A stretch of DNA of 54,062 bases, filler included, from Sluysia triapertura (GCA_046118255.1; 3 parts of 3 records of this genome joined end to end with filler, not necessarily neighbours in it); one strand, 5' to 3'. Positions 40,514 through 54,062 are shown, counted from the whole stretch's first letter. Notes: a model not told the origin generated them from the letters alone. Translations and numbers: made by a program.

Positions 40514-42796
40514 CACTAGATTGCCTGAGATTTCTTGTATATCTATATTGCCCAAAAACAGTCAAAATAACTGCATTGTGAAAAAATAACTAATGTGCAA
40601 AGAAATTTGTTTAAAATTATTTTTTAATTTTTATATTATTTACACTTATACAACAAGTTATTAGTAAATATTAACAATAAAAAAATTTACTCTAATTGGA
40701 AAAAAAATAATTTATGCATTATTATTTGTAAATTTTATGCAAATGAAAGTGGAAATCTTTTTATGCGTACATCTTTTGACATTTTTCACATATTATTTGT
40801 TTTGTTGTGGCAAAGTCGTACTTGAAAAAATTTGCGTTTGTGAGAATGGGTTGCATTTGATCTTTGTGGGTCTTCATGTTCTGATAAATTTTTCTGTCTT
40901 GCAACTCTGTATTCGTTGGAAAGCTGTTCTGCTAATTGAATTAAGAACTCTTTTCGTTCTATTTGTATTCCTGTCGTATCTTTGTAAATGATCCAAGAAT
41001 TTATGACAGCCAAATCTAAAATATTGAAAAATATTTGGAGGGGCCATCTACGAGAATTAGCTTTTACTGTATATTTTCTGGCCATCTGATCCGCCATATC
41101 AACTCCAAATTTTGTACTGTTATAAAATTAAATTGATTCCGGTAACATTTTTTTATTACTTTTATCAATTTTAACAAATTTATGCTTAGAACTTTGAACA
41201 GCTACTTTTTAATTTGGTTTGTTTTTATATATTGTAACACAATTCTCTTATTTAAATAACAAAGTGGAAAAACGAGGCATGTTATCCTTCGTTTGTTTGG
41301 CTGCTTTTGGTATTTCTCTTTGGTTTCCTCTAATAGTTCCAACTAGAGTTGATTTATGACCAATAATTTTGTCGCGAGTGACACGCTAGTGAAAAAGTTA
41401 TCGGTCGTGATATTTTTTCCACAGTTTGCATATGGCTCGACAAGTTTCAGAACAAAGTCACTGAGAAGCATTGACGATGGTCGTTGTTCATCTTTCCCTA
41501 AACATGAAAACCATTCAAAATATATTTGCTACTAACATATAATACAAGTCAAATTTGTTGGGTTTATTAAGTGTATATTGCGTAAACCTGCACCTGGTTT
41601 TTGACGGAAATAATTGCTCATCAACTGTTATATTTTGCCCTAGTTGATAGCAAGCTTGACCATTTTCAATAAACCTCTCCCATATTTCCGAAACCAGAGC
41701 ATATTTATTTGTTTGTAGGCGCCTACTTCTTTCGGTTCTTTTGTCAAAACGAATAAATCGTATGATTTGCTTGATCGTTTCTCTGGTCATAGTTTCTCTA
41801 AAAAATTTGGGACCCCACTTTGCTAACCATAAATAACTCAATTTTAAATTTTTTGCATCGTAGGATCCACAAACATATAAAATCCCAATAAATGCATGTA
41901 TTTCCGTTAATGTTGTTGTCCAATCGTTCCGCAAAATTCGGCGGCTTTCTGTGCACTTTCTTATATGTTTAATAATATAGTTATCTATTATCAATGAGAA
42001 TGCACTGATAAGATTATCTGTCATAATGTTCCTTTTAGCGTAGCCTGTTGGGCCTTTGGCACCCTTGAAAATATAAGTAGATGGTAACCTTCCAGGAATA
42101 CCACCTTGGTTAATTTTTGTCCACATATTACCATCAGCAGCTGTTTCGACCTTCTGAAACGTATTTTCAGTTTCTTTATCAGAATCTGAACTAGTTAGCA
42201 CCCTACACCTTTTCCTGGGCATATTGATGATAGTTTCATTTTCATCACTGGTGATAGACTTTTCATCGCTATCTTCAGCATCAGATGTTTCACTTTGAAT
42301 ATAATCCGCTTTGTTGCATTTGATTCTATATCGGAGCACTCTTCACTTATGTTCCAATAACTCATTTCTGTTCGACATTTTTTTCATGAAGTTAGGGCAC
42401 ACGAAATAAAATAAACAACTTGTTAGAACAACACTCGAATTTAGTTTCTTGAGCAATTGCAACTTATCAGGTATACGCCCAAATCGACAATTTATCATGC
42501 ATCGGTATGTTACCGTAATCGAAATTTACTCAATTCAATAATAAGAATCTTTTGATTATTTAAAATTTCCCAAGCAGTCAACATGACTGCTTCTGGGCAA
42601 TATAGGTATATATAGGCAATGTAGGCAATATATACGGAAGTAAAGCAGGGCGGAAGTAACTACAATTATTCATAAACGTATTTATGTGCTGTTGAAAAAG
42701 TCACCAAATTCTAAAGAATTGTGTCATTATATACATAATTGTTTTTCTAATTGAAATTAAAAAATAGTCAAAATGACTGTCTTGGGCAATCTAGTG
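40514..42796 (-). mobile_element. Full-length defective piggyBac transposon (2283 bp)
   Basis: TIRs CACTAGATTGCCYRAGA (15/17 match); TTAA on the right and CTAA on the left; internal inverted repeats at 40543-40574 and 42574-42605; encloses a transposase. Confidence 0.93.
40735..42378 (-). pseudogene. piggyBac transposase (PGBD4-like) with frameshifts and stops
   Basis: ORFs 41515..42339 and 40786..41097 plus intervening frames give ITVDEQLFPSKTRCRFTQY, ITTDNFFTS, GVDMADQM, SRRWPLQIFFNILDLAVINSWIIY and a degenerate C-terminal Cys-rich domain. All three catalytic Asp motifs are present. Confidence 0.93.
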
Positions 42797-43508
42797 TTAA
42801 GAAACGTGATGTTTTTTGAGAATCTTATCATAAAATGCCTCCAATTGAAGTGGACGTGCCTGAGTAGATATTTTTATTGGATTTAGAGGAAAACGAATGC
42901 GGAAATACTTGTTCTAGTAGAAGATTGCAAATATGAATCTGCCAAATAATTTTAATGAACTCAATTTTAGGCTTTATATTAGGCATCGCTTTATTGTTAG
43001 CATAGTACATTTTTCAAATTGTGATTTTTAAAATATATTTAATATTTTTAAACTGTACTTATATTTTTCTTAACGTAGACTGTAGACTATATTAGTGCTA
43101 CATTTCTAATTTTTCAGGAATCATTTGAAATCACCTACCATAATTAATTTTATTTAACTTTAAACCTAAATTTTTTCTTAACAAATTATTCAACTGATTC
43201 AACATTTCTTCATTTTAACATGAATTTCTCTCCATGGTCTCAATGGCTCATATATAAAAAGTAAGATTTTAAATTGGTTACATTTTTTGAAATATTTTTT
43301 GTAATTTTTAGCAAACCTTAAGCTGCTTTATTATTTCACAATTTTTCATAATTGTTTTAAATACCAAAATCAAAATTATAATAATTATGCAACTAATGTT
43401 TAAAATTAAATATTTAATATATTCTGTCGTTGGAACCCTCTAAAATCCTCAAAAATGCTTTAAAATGTTTATTTTTCAAAAAAGAAAATTAGCTTTTAAA
43501 AATAGAAT

Positions 43509-43570
43509 AGAAGCTTCTAGAATGTTCTAGAACATTCCATCAGTTCTTATTGGCTGATGACTAGTATATA
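43509..43570 (+). promoter_or_regulatory. Six-unit heat-shock element, inverted CCAAT box and TATA box
   Basis: aGAAg-cTTCt-aGAAt-gTTCt-aGAAc-aTTCc at 43509-43538, ATTGG at 43549-43553, TATATA at 43565-43570. Confidence 0.65.
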
Positions 43571-44615
43571 GACTAGCATCAGTTTAGTTACTCTCCATTT
43601 TGTAATTCCACCCTTTTGAAGTTAGTAACAATTTGTAATTTTTCGCTTGGTGCAATTTTGCAACGTCATTGTTGGAGGAATTGTGAAATTTTAGTAATTG
43701 TTCACAAATCAAAATTTTGGAAATATCTGTAGAACCACAAGTATTCAATTTATTGGTAAGTTATATATTTTCAAGTTCAATTTAAACTTTAGAAGTTGAA
43801 ATTATAAAATTTGCAATTTTTAAGTCCCCGATATATTGAGGGGTAATATACACTCAAATTATTAAAGTTAATAGATTAAACGCTCTTGGAACTTTAATCC
43901 TTAATTATTATTACTCTAAGATCTTTTGTTGTTTATTTAATTATTAAAATTTCATTATCTTAGCATTTGTTAAAGACCCTAACTGCAGAACATTTATAAA
44001 ATATTAGCTTATTCACGACATAAGACGTTTAATGTAACCGGACCCTTGCCGTAGGTTAAGTATTATAAAAACCGCAGTATTTCTAATTTTGCAAAATTTA
44101 CCTTCAAAGAAATAAGAATATTTTAAAAAGCATATTAATAATTTCTAAATAAAAATTTTAAATAAAATTAAACTAATATCTTGTTCAATTTTTATTTTAG
44201 TGATCAAATTAAAATTAACTTTAATAAAAACAGAACCAGTAACAATAACAATAACATGTAAAACATAAAAGTAGTAATGCAACTCTTGATCTTTCGAAAT
44301 TCATCAATTTATTGTATTTTAATGTTCTCATATCATCAGCCATTACTATAACCAACATATCTATTTGTTCTTCGGTTAATATTTTTGAGTGTAGCTGTAC
44401 TTTATTCAACATCTTTAATGATAAGCTCATCATCGTCATTATTTGCGTGTACTTTATATTTATTTTCATCTAATTCTACATCTTCAATATGCACCAACAT
44501 CAGTTTAACATCGAATTTTTAGTCATTTTTAATCAGGAACATATTGATTCATTGATTTTTTTATTTTTTGTTTACAACACCAATAAATTAAAACTTATTA
44601 TTATATAATTATTGA

Positions 44616-44685
<70 letters not shown>
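44616..44685. repeat. (AAT)n microsatellite
   Basis: Near-perfect triplet run. Confidence 0.97.
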
Positions 44686-44791
44686 TCAACAGTGTGGAAA
44701 TTTAATGAGAATTAAATAGTTTATGTTATGTGAGAATTTGGTTTAAAACTTTAAAATATTTAATTTGTAATATTTCTTTATGTGTTTATAT

Positions 44792-44925
44792 GTGAGTCCT
44801 CTATGATACAGGGATAACACACTTATGGACCGATACATAGATGTCAGCGTAAAAGAGTATTGGAAGCTTTTAGGTCAAGAAAAATTTGAATTGGATTTCT
44901 GCTAACTTTTAGCGATGTTATAATT
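44792..44925 (+). other. Family A hairpin element copy
   Basis: GTGAGT, 40-nt hairpin at 44801-44840 (CTATG/CATAG), TGTCAGCG, TATTGGA and a GCTA/TAGC hairpin. Confidence 0.8.
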
Positions 44926-46003
44926 ACTTATTTTATTTATGATCTAAAACCATCCTTGATTAGCTATTTTAATGTAAAATAATGTTGCGTTTTTAGATAG
45001 TCAGAATTTTTATGAATTTATAACAATTTAAATTGAATATTACGAGAGGAAATTAATAATCTAAGTCTCACTATTAATTTAATGATATTTCTTTAACGCA
45101 ATATAATAATTCAAGTGTTGTTTATATATTTGGTAAACAATAATACAATTTAAATTTATACAACAAAAATGTTAAGTAATGCAATAAAAGTTATAATAAT
45201 CAACGAAGTCAAAATTAATTAATTAATACAATTGTTAATAGAATATACGAAATATTACTTCCAAAAATTTAAATAAGTGCAACTAATGCGATTGATAATT
45301 ATTCACAAATTATGCAATTAATACAATTAGTCATTATACAAATTTAAATATAATGTTTGTGATCGTTAATTCATAATCTAAAAAACACAAACTAATATAA
45401 ATGATTAAATTACAAAAATTTAATAATTATGAAATACATTAAATAAAACTAAAACTTGTTCAATTCAGACTGTTTATATAAGGAATTAGTTAAATTTGAG
45501 TATTATTAATTGTATTATTAATAATAATGTTTCTCTTTTTTAGATTGATTCTATATTAGTAACCAAATTTTACAGAAATTAAAAAATATCTTTTCATTTA
45601 TTTTATTTTATTTTGTAAAATTAAAACCTTATGAATATATAAACTAACGTGACACCAAAAATTAAAATAATAGAGTTTTTTGATTTCAAATTATCAAAAA
45701 ATCTATAATCACTGTACTGTGCAAAAAATCTTGAATGAATGAAGAATTGTCTTTTAAAAAAATCTTTTTGTATGACAAATAATTCAAAATTCTACTTGAT
45801 CAAATGAGTTAGAAATGAACGTGCTAACTTCAACTAAGTATTCAAATTTCATATTCCCTTATACTCAATTCAATTTTTACATGAATATATATAATAATTC
45901 TATATATAATTCTATTCCATTAATAAGGTATTTAAATATTTAATACTTAATACATATAAATTGTATTTTACATTTGTGATTTATATACTTTATAAGTCTT
46001 ACA

Positions 46004-46135
46004 TTTCTTCCGTGGTGAGTTAACTTTGCTAATTAAGAGTGGAGATTTAATTAATTCAGCAATTGTAGTATAATTTCTACCATCAGCGACCAATTCAAAA
46101 CTACCTTCCACGTTATATAAACTTATGATAAAATC
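46004..46135 (-). CDS. Candidate internal exon of an unidentified gene
   Basis: Open frame FIISLYNVEGSFELVADGRNYTTIAELIKSPLLISKVNSPRKK bounded by TATAG and GTAAG, with raised GC. No family recognised. Confidence 0.35.
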
Positions 46136-47663
46136 TATACAACATAAAATTAATCATCTTATTATAAAGTGATAGTAATGTAATAAAATAACTAAGTTAT
46201 ATCATAAATATAAAATCTATTCAAAATAATCAAAATATTTCGAATAAAAATAAATTATAAAACTCAATTTTTAATTACAATTTATTAAACAAATAATTGA
46301 AAAATCTTTTTAATATGTTGTTAACCAATGATTGGTTAAGTAATTGTCTTTTTACTACAAGTAGTACATTGTAAAAATGAAAACTTTGTTACTTTCTTTC
46401 TATTTAGAAATGAAATAAAATTTAACAATAATAGAAATAAATTAATAAATTATGCATAATATTTTTATGACTTAAATAATTAATTATGGCATAAAATAAT
46501 TACAAATTTTCATATAGTATTACAATAGTTATTGTTTTCGAAGTTGTACACACTAAATGACTTTCATAGGTAAATTCTAAATGATAATAATGGTAAATAA
46601 AATGTTTTAAAATATTTATAGTAACACTTTAAAAATTGGTTATTTTTCTTATTGTTATTATTAATGTTGCATTGTTTCAATTTAAAAGACAATTAAATAA
46701 ATCTTAATAAATATAAATATTTAATTGACAAATTTATAATTAATTTATAATTAATTCAATGCCTTACACAACGTTAATAATATTATGCAAAATTATGAAT
46801 AGCAACTATTATCAGTAAATGTAAGCCTCATTAGCATTTTTACATATATTAACATGAAAAATTAAATGAAAAAATATCTTAAGTGTAATATTATTTGTCT
46901 AATCTGCTTTTATTTATAACTATTAAAGGAAAAACTTAAATTAGCACGGAAATTATTTTATAAATGTCGAACTCACTTTGAAATCAATTAACTGTCTCAT
47001 AGATCAAATTTGTGTATTTTATTTTGAATTTATAAAGTTAAAAATTCAAAAATTAAGGTCAAGTTTTATTAACCTTAAAAGTCCTTAAAATCGTGCTTTT
47101 GCATTCTTCTTGCAACAGCAGAAGAATTTATTGTGCATCTATCCCTTTTTAAAAGCCAGATCTGAATGATCTGAATGCACGTTATATTTTTAAACAATGA
47201 CATTGAAAAATAAATAAACCACTTGATTAATTAAAACATTCAATTTTAAACCTATATACACAAAATTTAGTTCTTGAATCTTTTGTACCTTTTAGAAAAT
47301 AATTGCATAGCAAAATATTTTAAGATTTTACAAACGAATACATCAAAATTATTTAATTATTACAAAAGAAAGTTTTATTAATTCTTGTTTCATATAAGTA
47401 ATTAAAAATTTGGATTTTTTAATTATTTTCTTTTAATAGTCAAATGTAATATACATTACCACCAATTGCGTCTGTAATGTTGAAGAAATCTTAGGTTCTT
47501 AGGTTTTTAAAGTAGTCTAGTCCATCGTGGTAAATCGATCTTTAAATAATTTTACAATTTCGCATCGACTATCAATTTTTTCATTTAGTTATTTTATGAA
47601 TTAATTCTCATTAAACATTGTAAACATTATCCTATACTTAACAATGTACGTAATTAATTTTAG

Positions 47664-47918
47664 GACTGATTTTTTTCCTGGTCTTGGCTGGATGTTATTG
47701 AGATCATTTTGGCACGAAATTCGTTTGAAATGGCCTACCAGTTTTTGGGATGAATATCTTCGTGATCCAGTTGTTCGTAAAGGTCGACAATGTCTTAGAC
47801 CGGAATTGCCAAGGACTGCTACATTCGGACGCAAAGGAGTCTCTAATGGACAGTTCTTTGATAAGCATCTTCGATATTTAATGCTCAATAATAAACTGTT
47901 TAATTTTTGTCGAATTAT
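47664..47918 (+). CDS. MGAT1: Alpha-1,3-mannosyl-glycoprotein 2-beta-N-acetylglucosaminyltransferase (GlcNAc-TI, GT13), one internal exon
   Basis: Bounded by TTTTAG and GTAAGC. TDFFPGLGWMLLRSFWHEIRLKWPTSFWDEYLRDPVVRKGRQCLRPELPRTATFGRKGVSNGQFFDKHL matches the MGAT1 signature RTDFFPGLGW..W...KWP..FWDDWMR......R.CIRPE..RT.TFGRKGVS.GQFFD.HL. Confidence 0.95.
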
Positions 47919-48399
47919 GTAAGCATTTATATTAGTTAAAATTAAAATAGTGACATTAATAGTAACATTAAATTGAATACAAAAAATAGTATCACTGTAT
48001 TTGAGATTTAATCAATTATTATAATATTTAATATAGAACGATGTAAACCTAAGTCATTAGAGTTGATATTCACCATTTTGCCTGCCATAAGATTATCAAT
48101 TAAAGAGGTTTTCGCAACTTGATCTGACAGCATTGATTTTAGGGGTTTATGAGTAATTGGAAATAGTACTTATTGCACTTTAAAAACTTTATTTATTACC
48201 TCCGCATCCATAAATAAATCAAAACGACGCAAGAAACATTTAATTAGTAATACGAAAATAATAGATACTAGATTTAAAATAGGATCATTAGAAATGTCAA
48301 ATTAAAAATTAAAAACATCAACTTCTACTAATTCATTTTATTCAACGAATTCTAATCGGAATCATTATTCTCTTCGTATCCTTTTTTAATAACTTACGA

Positions 48400-50243
48400 A
48401 CACGGTGTTTGATCGACTTGAGCTAATACTTAATAGAGACTCGTTAACCTTAAAAATGGCACATAAGCAAGTTGCATTAGAGACATAATCATAAAATTAT
48501 AATTAATAGCATATAATGAACGAGTTCTAAGATTTAAAAACTGCTGAAATATCCAGTGTTCCTTGTGCTACATACTTCATCAACTCTAAAGTCTTTGAAG
48601 GTTATAACTAAAATATCAGTTTTGACTGGTACTGTTTCAGTTTCTTCTAACCGGGACATGTAGTTAGGAAACTTTCTAACATAGTGTGTATTTCAAATTG
48701 CATTCCAATTATCAAGACAATATGTTCGATACACATTCAAACTCTTTAAGTAAAGATTCATTAAAATTAATGTTTGAAAAATGATAATTATTGTAACTCT
48801 GAACTTACTTGTAATGGTTTGACTCAATGATATGGTAAACTGGAAATTTTCTTCAGTAACAAAATCACTGATCTGAAATTTAAATTGTAATAATTAAAAA
48901 TAAACTGCTGCCACATAAAGCTCTTGGCACTTTTTTTGCTAAGGTTGATATTAGTACCAAAACTGTCAATAGTCTAAACAGATTTCAAAACTGTTTGATG
49001 TAAGACTTTCATTTCTTAAGGTTAAATTGGCACTTCTGTCATTATAATCAAACATCACATGAAAGAAGTCATTAACAGAAACATGACGAATTGATTTTAA
49101 CTTGGATTCTACATTTGCATCATTTAAAATGACATAATGGGTATCGATTTCAGAAACACAACCTTTTCGTCAACCAACAGTCTCTTTCAACTTCAACTTC
49201 TTCGAAACAAAACAATTGACTTCAGTTGGAGCATGTACAACAATTAGCAACATAAAAATATTCAAAAAATACAAACTGAAATGGAAATATTTCTGAAACC
49301 GTTTCCAGTTCTGTATTTGTTAGATTTAGTGTTGGTGATACACCAATTCCTGATGTTGATAAGTTTCACTAAACATTTTTTAGGATATTTAGTGTTCAAG
49401 ATATTTTTTAGAATATTCTTTGAATATGATAATTTCAAGATGACTAGTATTGTAATTCAAAACTTTATTTTTATTTTTTTAAACAAAAATTGCTATAAAA
49501 CGAAAAACAACCAAAATAGCTAAGAAGAATTTAAACTATAAATTTGAAATGAATTCATAAATAACATCGAAAAGTATTTTGTTCCAAATTATTAATTTTG
49601 GTAAAATCAGGTGCTACTTCATTAACTAGAATCTGAGATACTACCATTCCTTTGGTCAGAACGCATTTCTTTTTTAATTTCATAACAAAAGTTATAGTCT
49701 TTATTTCCATATCGCATATTGCATTTCTTTTGAGAAATTTTCATTAATGTGGTTCAATTTTTTGACATAAATCATACAAGCTTCAAACATTATTCCAACA
49801 TAAATACGTTTATTACAAAATGAAAATTACAAATATGTATATTTGTAAATATAATTCTGTTCGTTCATTAAAATTAATATTTTCAATTCAATATTAAATG
49901 TTCGTTTCTTCAGTTATCATGTTTATTGTAATTGTTGTTTATCATTAAAAAGCACTTCTTTTTCTTGCGATAATGAACTGTGATTAAATTTTTGTTGACT
50001 AATTTCATCGAAATTACTGTTTAAATCATTTGAAAATCTGCTCACTTGAACCCGAATCACCCGATGTAAATTTTCATGATTCAAGAATTCTGTGTTGCTT
50101 CTCTAGTCGAATTACCCGTATTATTAATCGATTTGTTGAAGGAATCTGAAGGTAAAGCTTCTTTTATCGTATAATTTGTCTCAGATTCTTGTTTAATTAT
50201 GTTTTCTATTAGTTCTTAGTTAACAATAATGATAATATTAATT

Positions 50244-50310
<67 letters not shown>

Positions 50311-50472
50311 GTTCTAAAACAATGAGATGTGTGATGTTTGGAATATTTCGTAGATGAATATTTCGTAGATTTGCAGAGGTGTAGTAGGTGTTGTGTAATA
50401 GCATACGTTGAATGTGCTTTGATATCTGTTTTTGATGTATTGAAATCATTGGTAATGTTTTGGGCCACTACA
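48400..50472 (-). mobile_element. Decayed Gypsy-like LTR retrotransposon (LTR start plus gag/protease relics)
   Basis: Minus strand begins TGTAGTGGCCC at 50472, as at 35413. Broken frames include KFLKRN..DME...TFVMKLKKKC (gag F..R.Q...E....F...L....C) and MQFEIHT (protease-like). Confidence 0.5.
50245..50310. repeat. (TAA)n microsatellite
   Basis: Perfect run; explains the poly-I and poly-Y ORFs. Confidence 0.97.
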
Positions 50473-51813
50473 TGGGTTTCTGTTGAAAATCAATCAGAGT
50501 ATTGCATAACAGCCACTGGAGAATCTTTCGATCATTAACAATAATAGCTTTACAATTGTTTCTGTTAAAAATAAAAATCTTGTAAAGGGACTTCTGTGGT
50601 ACATTCTATGTATTAGACGAAGATTAAAATTAAGGAAGAAAATATTTTATTTCGTCACATTCAGAAAAAATGGATTTGATTGAATAATTCATTAAAAGTG
50701 TTTCAATACATAATGCAATGATTTCGGATACTTAATTCAAAATTAAACCTTTATAATAATGCAACTATTCATAGTAAACGTTAAAGACCAAATTTGTTCA
50801 TTTTTCTATCTATTCTAGAGTCAATATTTGGCTATTTATTTATTTTCGAAAGAACAAATTACTCAAATCTGTTTTTAGATTGTTGTACTACCAAGTTATA
50901 AAAGTGTACAATGCCTTTGTAAGATATTAAAACTTTTATTTGCTTAAGATTTTTGTATATATACAAAATGCATGTTTTATTTATTTGGTTAGCAGCTTTT
51001 AAGTGCCTGATTTCCTTCAGGTAAGTAGATATTTCTTGAAATGTATTTTTAAGCTGATTTATTTTGGTGCTTGTAATTTCTGCGAATTGGCTATTCATTT
51101 AACAATAAATAATATGTTTTGCAGTTAGAATTATACAATTAACTTGTACATGTATTAGATTTGTGGTGGTATTTAACTTTATATATTTCATTGTTTAGTT
51201 CTTCATGGTTTAAATTTTCTCACTATTTGTCTAACACTTAGCATGCCTTGTAACGTTATCTCAAACCTTAATAAATAAAATAAGCATATGGAAAATAAAA
51301 TTTCTTATGAGTTTTGTTAAAGATGCACACTGATTTTTTAGAATTTTTTCATTTTCACACACTTTAACAAACAATATATGAAAATGTTTATTGTTTTTGT
51401 TATTTAAATTTTATAATGTAATATTTCTGGTAATAAAGCACAACTTTTATTTTTAAATATAAATTTATAACTAATTATGTATTTAATAGATTAAACAAGA
51501 AAATTTTTGAATTAGTTTTAAGACAATAAAAACTGTAATAGTTTCATTTTTATATATTGATCTTTAATTGAAACATCTGTCATAAATAATAACTTATAAA
51601 TACCAGTATTATTTAACATTTACTTAATTTATATTTGTTTGGATAAATAAAATTACAATTTACAAATAATACTAAATATTTGCTGAATAAATTCTTGTAT
51701 TTAAAAGTACTACTGCAAGGAAAATTGAATATTTTAGGAAAATGATATAATAAAATAATTAAAGGATAACCGTTGATATCTTAGGATTTCTTAGTATTAT
51801 TAGTAGCATGTAA

Positions 51814-51886
51814 CACGTTGCCGAAAAGTGCGGCTGTAGCCGCCAATTTTTGTCAACTTGAAAGCAAAAAAGTGTAGGTCAACGTG
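51814..51886. mobile_element. 73-bp piggyBac-type miniature element
   Basis: CACGTTG...CAACGTG ends, flanked by GTAA and TTAA, with internal palindrome GCGGCT-GT-AGCCGC. Confidence 0.6.
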
Positions 51887-53989
51887 TTAACTACTGACAA
51901 ACTAAAGAGTAATTACACAAACAATGATAGTGTAAAATTAAAATTATATAATGTAAGATTTTAAAATTATGTATGTAAAATAAAAATAATGTATCGTCCA
52001 GCAGAAAAATAATCATTATTTTGTATGGTATAATAATAATAATAATAAAATGTGTGAAAAAATCCAATACAGTATAATAAAGATGTATATATGCAAATAA
52101 GAAGGAAAATAATTATGGAATTATATTGTTGCGTATGATTGAAAATAATATAGTTGTCTAAATTTGTCGTTACGCATATGGGAATGAAAATTCATGTCTA
52201 AATTTATTCTAACTTACAGAATGTTAAGTTTTAATATTACATATGTGAAAATAAGAATGAAAAAATAATATTGGCAATTACAATGGAATTAACTAAAGAG
52301 AAGAATTAATTATATAAAAGTTGAAAGAAATTACTATTATAAAGAGGTGTTTTTTCACTCTAAACACACAAGAATTATAATTTACAACTTACAAATAAAA
52401 ATAAAAGTTTTATAAGTAATTTGAATTGAAATAAAAATCATTAAGCTTAAGTATACCTAGTGTAATAAAGATAATTAGTTTTAAAAAACAAAATCTGAAC
52501 TATTTTTATTTACAATACTGTAATAAATAACTTTGGATTTATTACTTCAAATTTCACAAAAGATTGATTTTTCAGAATTGTATAGACAATTATTTCAGAA
52601 TTACAAACATTAACTTCAAATTTTTTTCTTGAATATTTATCGTAATATTAATATTACCAAGGTTTTCTGTCATCTCGAATAAATTAATAAATTAATTCAT
52701 ACCTCATATATCTTGGAATTGAATTTTTTATGGAAATGCAGCGTTTTATTCTTTGCAATATTATCTCAGAATTTTCAATCCCTTATTTAAATCGGAAAAT
52801 CAAATATTTAGAAATTTATTTATATAAAAAGTACTTACATATTTCTTAATTTTATTTTACGGAAATATTCTAATTTTAAATTTATCTCAAATTTTTGGTT
52901 TGCCTTCTATTTAATTTAAAATTTTATTTTATTTTAACTTTAAATTTTTAATATTGTACTTATTCTTTTTAAATCGATTAATTCACAGTTGGTTGAAGTT
53001 TCCACCTGCAACTGTAAAACGATATTTGTAAGTCAAATGTTACATCAATTGTATCCGCCTAATAATAATTTAACCAATATATTTATCAAGTAATATTTTT
53101 TACCAAAAATTAATATTGTTTTTACCAAGATAATATTTATAAATTTATTTGCATGCCGAAAACATCACTTTAAACAGTGTTTCGTATGGCCAATTAATTT
53201 TCTAATTTCATTTTGTAGTATCTTTTTCCTACATCGAATTCTATTATATGGCTAATTTCATTCCATAATTTAATGGTGTACATATTATGTTAATATATAT
53301 ATTTTGTGATATATATGTCCAATTTTTTCTAATGTAATAGTTAATATTATTCTATAATTTTAATAATTTGTAATAAAAACTTCCTGATATGTTATAAAAG
53401 CTGTTAACTGTTTATCCTTTTTTAATTTAAACTCGTAATAGTTATGGGTAATAATTCTTATTAACTTTCAAATTGTATGTAATAGAATTTTTACTTTCAT
53501 TCCTTTAGAATTACTCAAACTTTATTGAATTTACTTTAAACTGAAGTAATATTTTATCTAATAATATAAACATTCTTAATCTGAAAATCGGAGTTCTACT
53601 TGTCTCTTATGTAATACATAGAAGTGCTTATTGAAATCTAAACTCTCTCTCTCAGTCTCTAAAAATCAAAATTTAAATTTGTCTAAGGTATATTAAACAA
53701 AGTGATAATTGTAAAAATGTTGTAAAAAAAGCCATAATAGTATTGCATACAATCTTAACAGAAAACAAAATTAATTTACCACACATACTTTCAAGCTTTA
53801 TAAATTACAGTAAAAGAAATGATTATGTTAATAATCTATTTTTGATTAGCATTTTAAATTTACAATATTGTACTTACGTTAATCAATCCCCAATATTATG
53901 TGCGATTTCTAATGAAATTAGTAGTATTATAGATACTATAGCTATCTTTATATCTGCTACTATTATTACCATCATCATCATTGGATATT

Positions 53990-54062
<73 letters not shown>
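53990..54062. repeat. Compound (ATG)n(ATT)n microsatellite
   Basis: GAT run switching to an ATT run at the window end. Confidence 0.97.

Noticed and set aside
47601-47888. Antisense ORFs over MGAT1 (also 11141-11374, 30628-30813, 40737-40991)
   Set aside because: Shadow frames opposite real coding sequence.

Overview
Very AT-rich, repeat-laden eukaryotic (most likely animal) DNA made of three contigs joined by artificial 100-nt spacers (N44-TTAATTAATTAA-N44). Host genes: four minus-strand exons of CLASP, the first five minus-strand exons of a KDM5/lid histone demethylase (with 29- and 42-nt introns), one plus-strand MGAT1 exon, and decayed SLC28-like nucleoside-transporter fragments. The rest is mostly mobile DNA: a full-length but dead piggyBac, Tc2/pogo-, hAT- and piggyBac-type MITEs, mariner/Tc1 relics, a Gypsy-like LTR family starting TGTAGTGG, and AAT microsatellites. 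The most unusual signal is non-coding. Three loci carry arrays of a bulged hairpin (stem-A-CC-RTAAAAA-GG-stem read on the minus strand) whose outer stems change sequence but stay paired, each preceded by a conserved multi-stem fold. A second hairpin, 40 nt long in five full copies (plus two partial ones), also shows compensatory changes. These look like structure-selected RNA signals of an unidentified retroelement; that function is inference. A six-unit heat-shock element with CCAAT and TATA boxes lies in a probable solo LTR. All protein assignments come from recalled family motifs; no searches were run.
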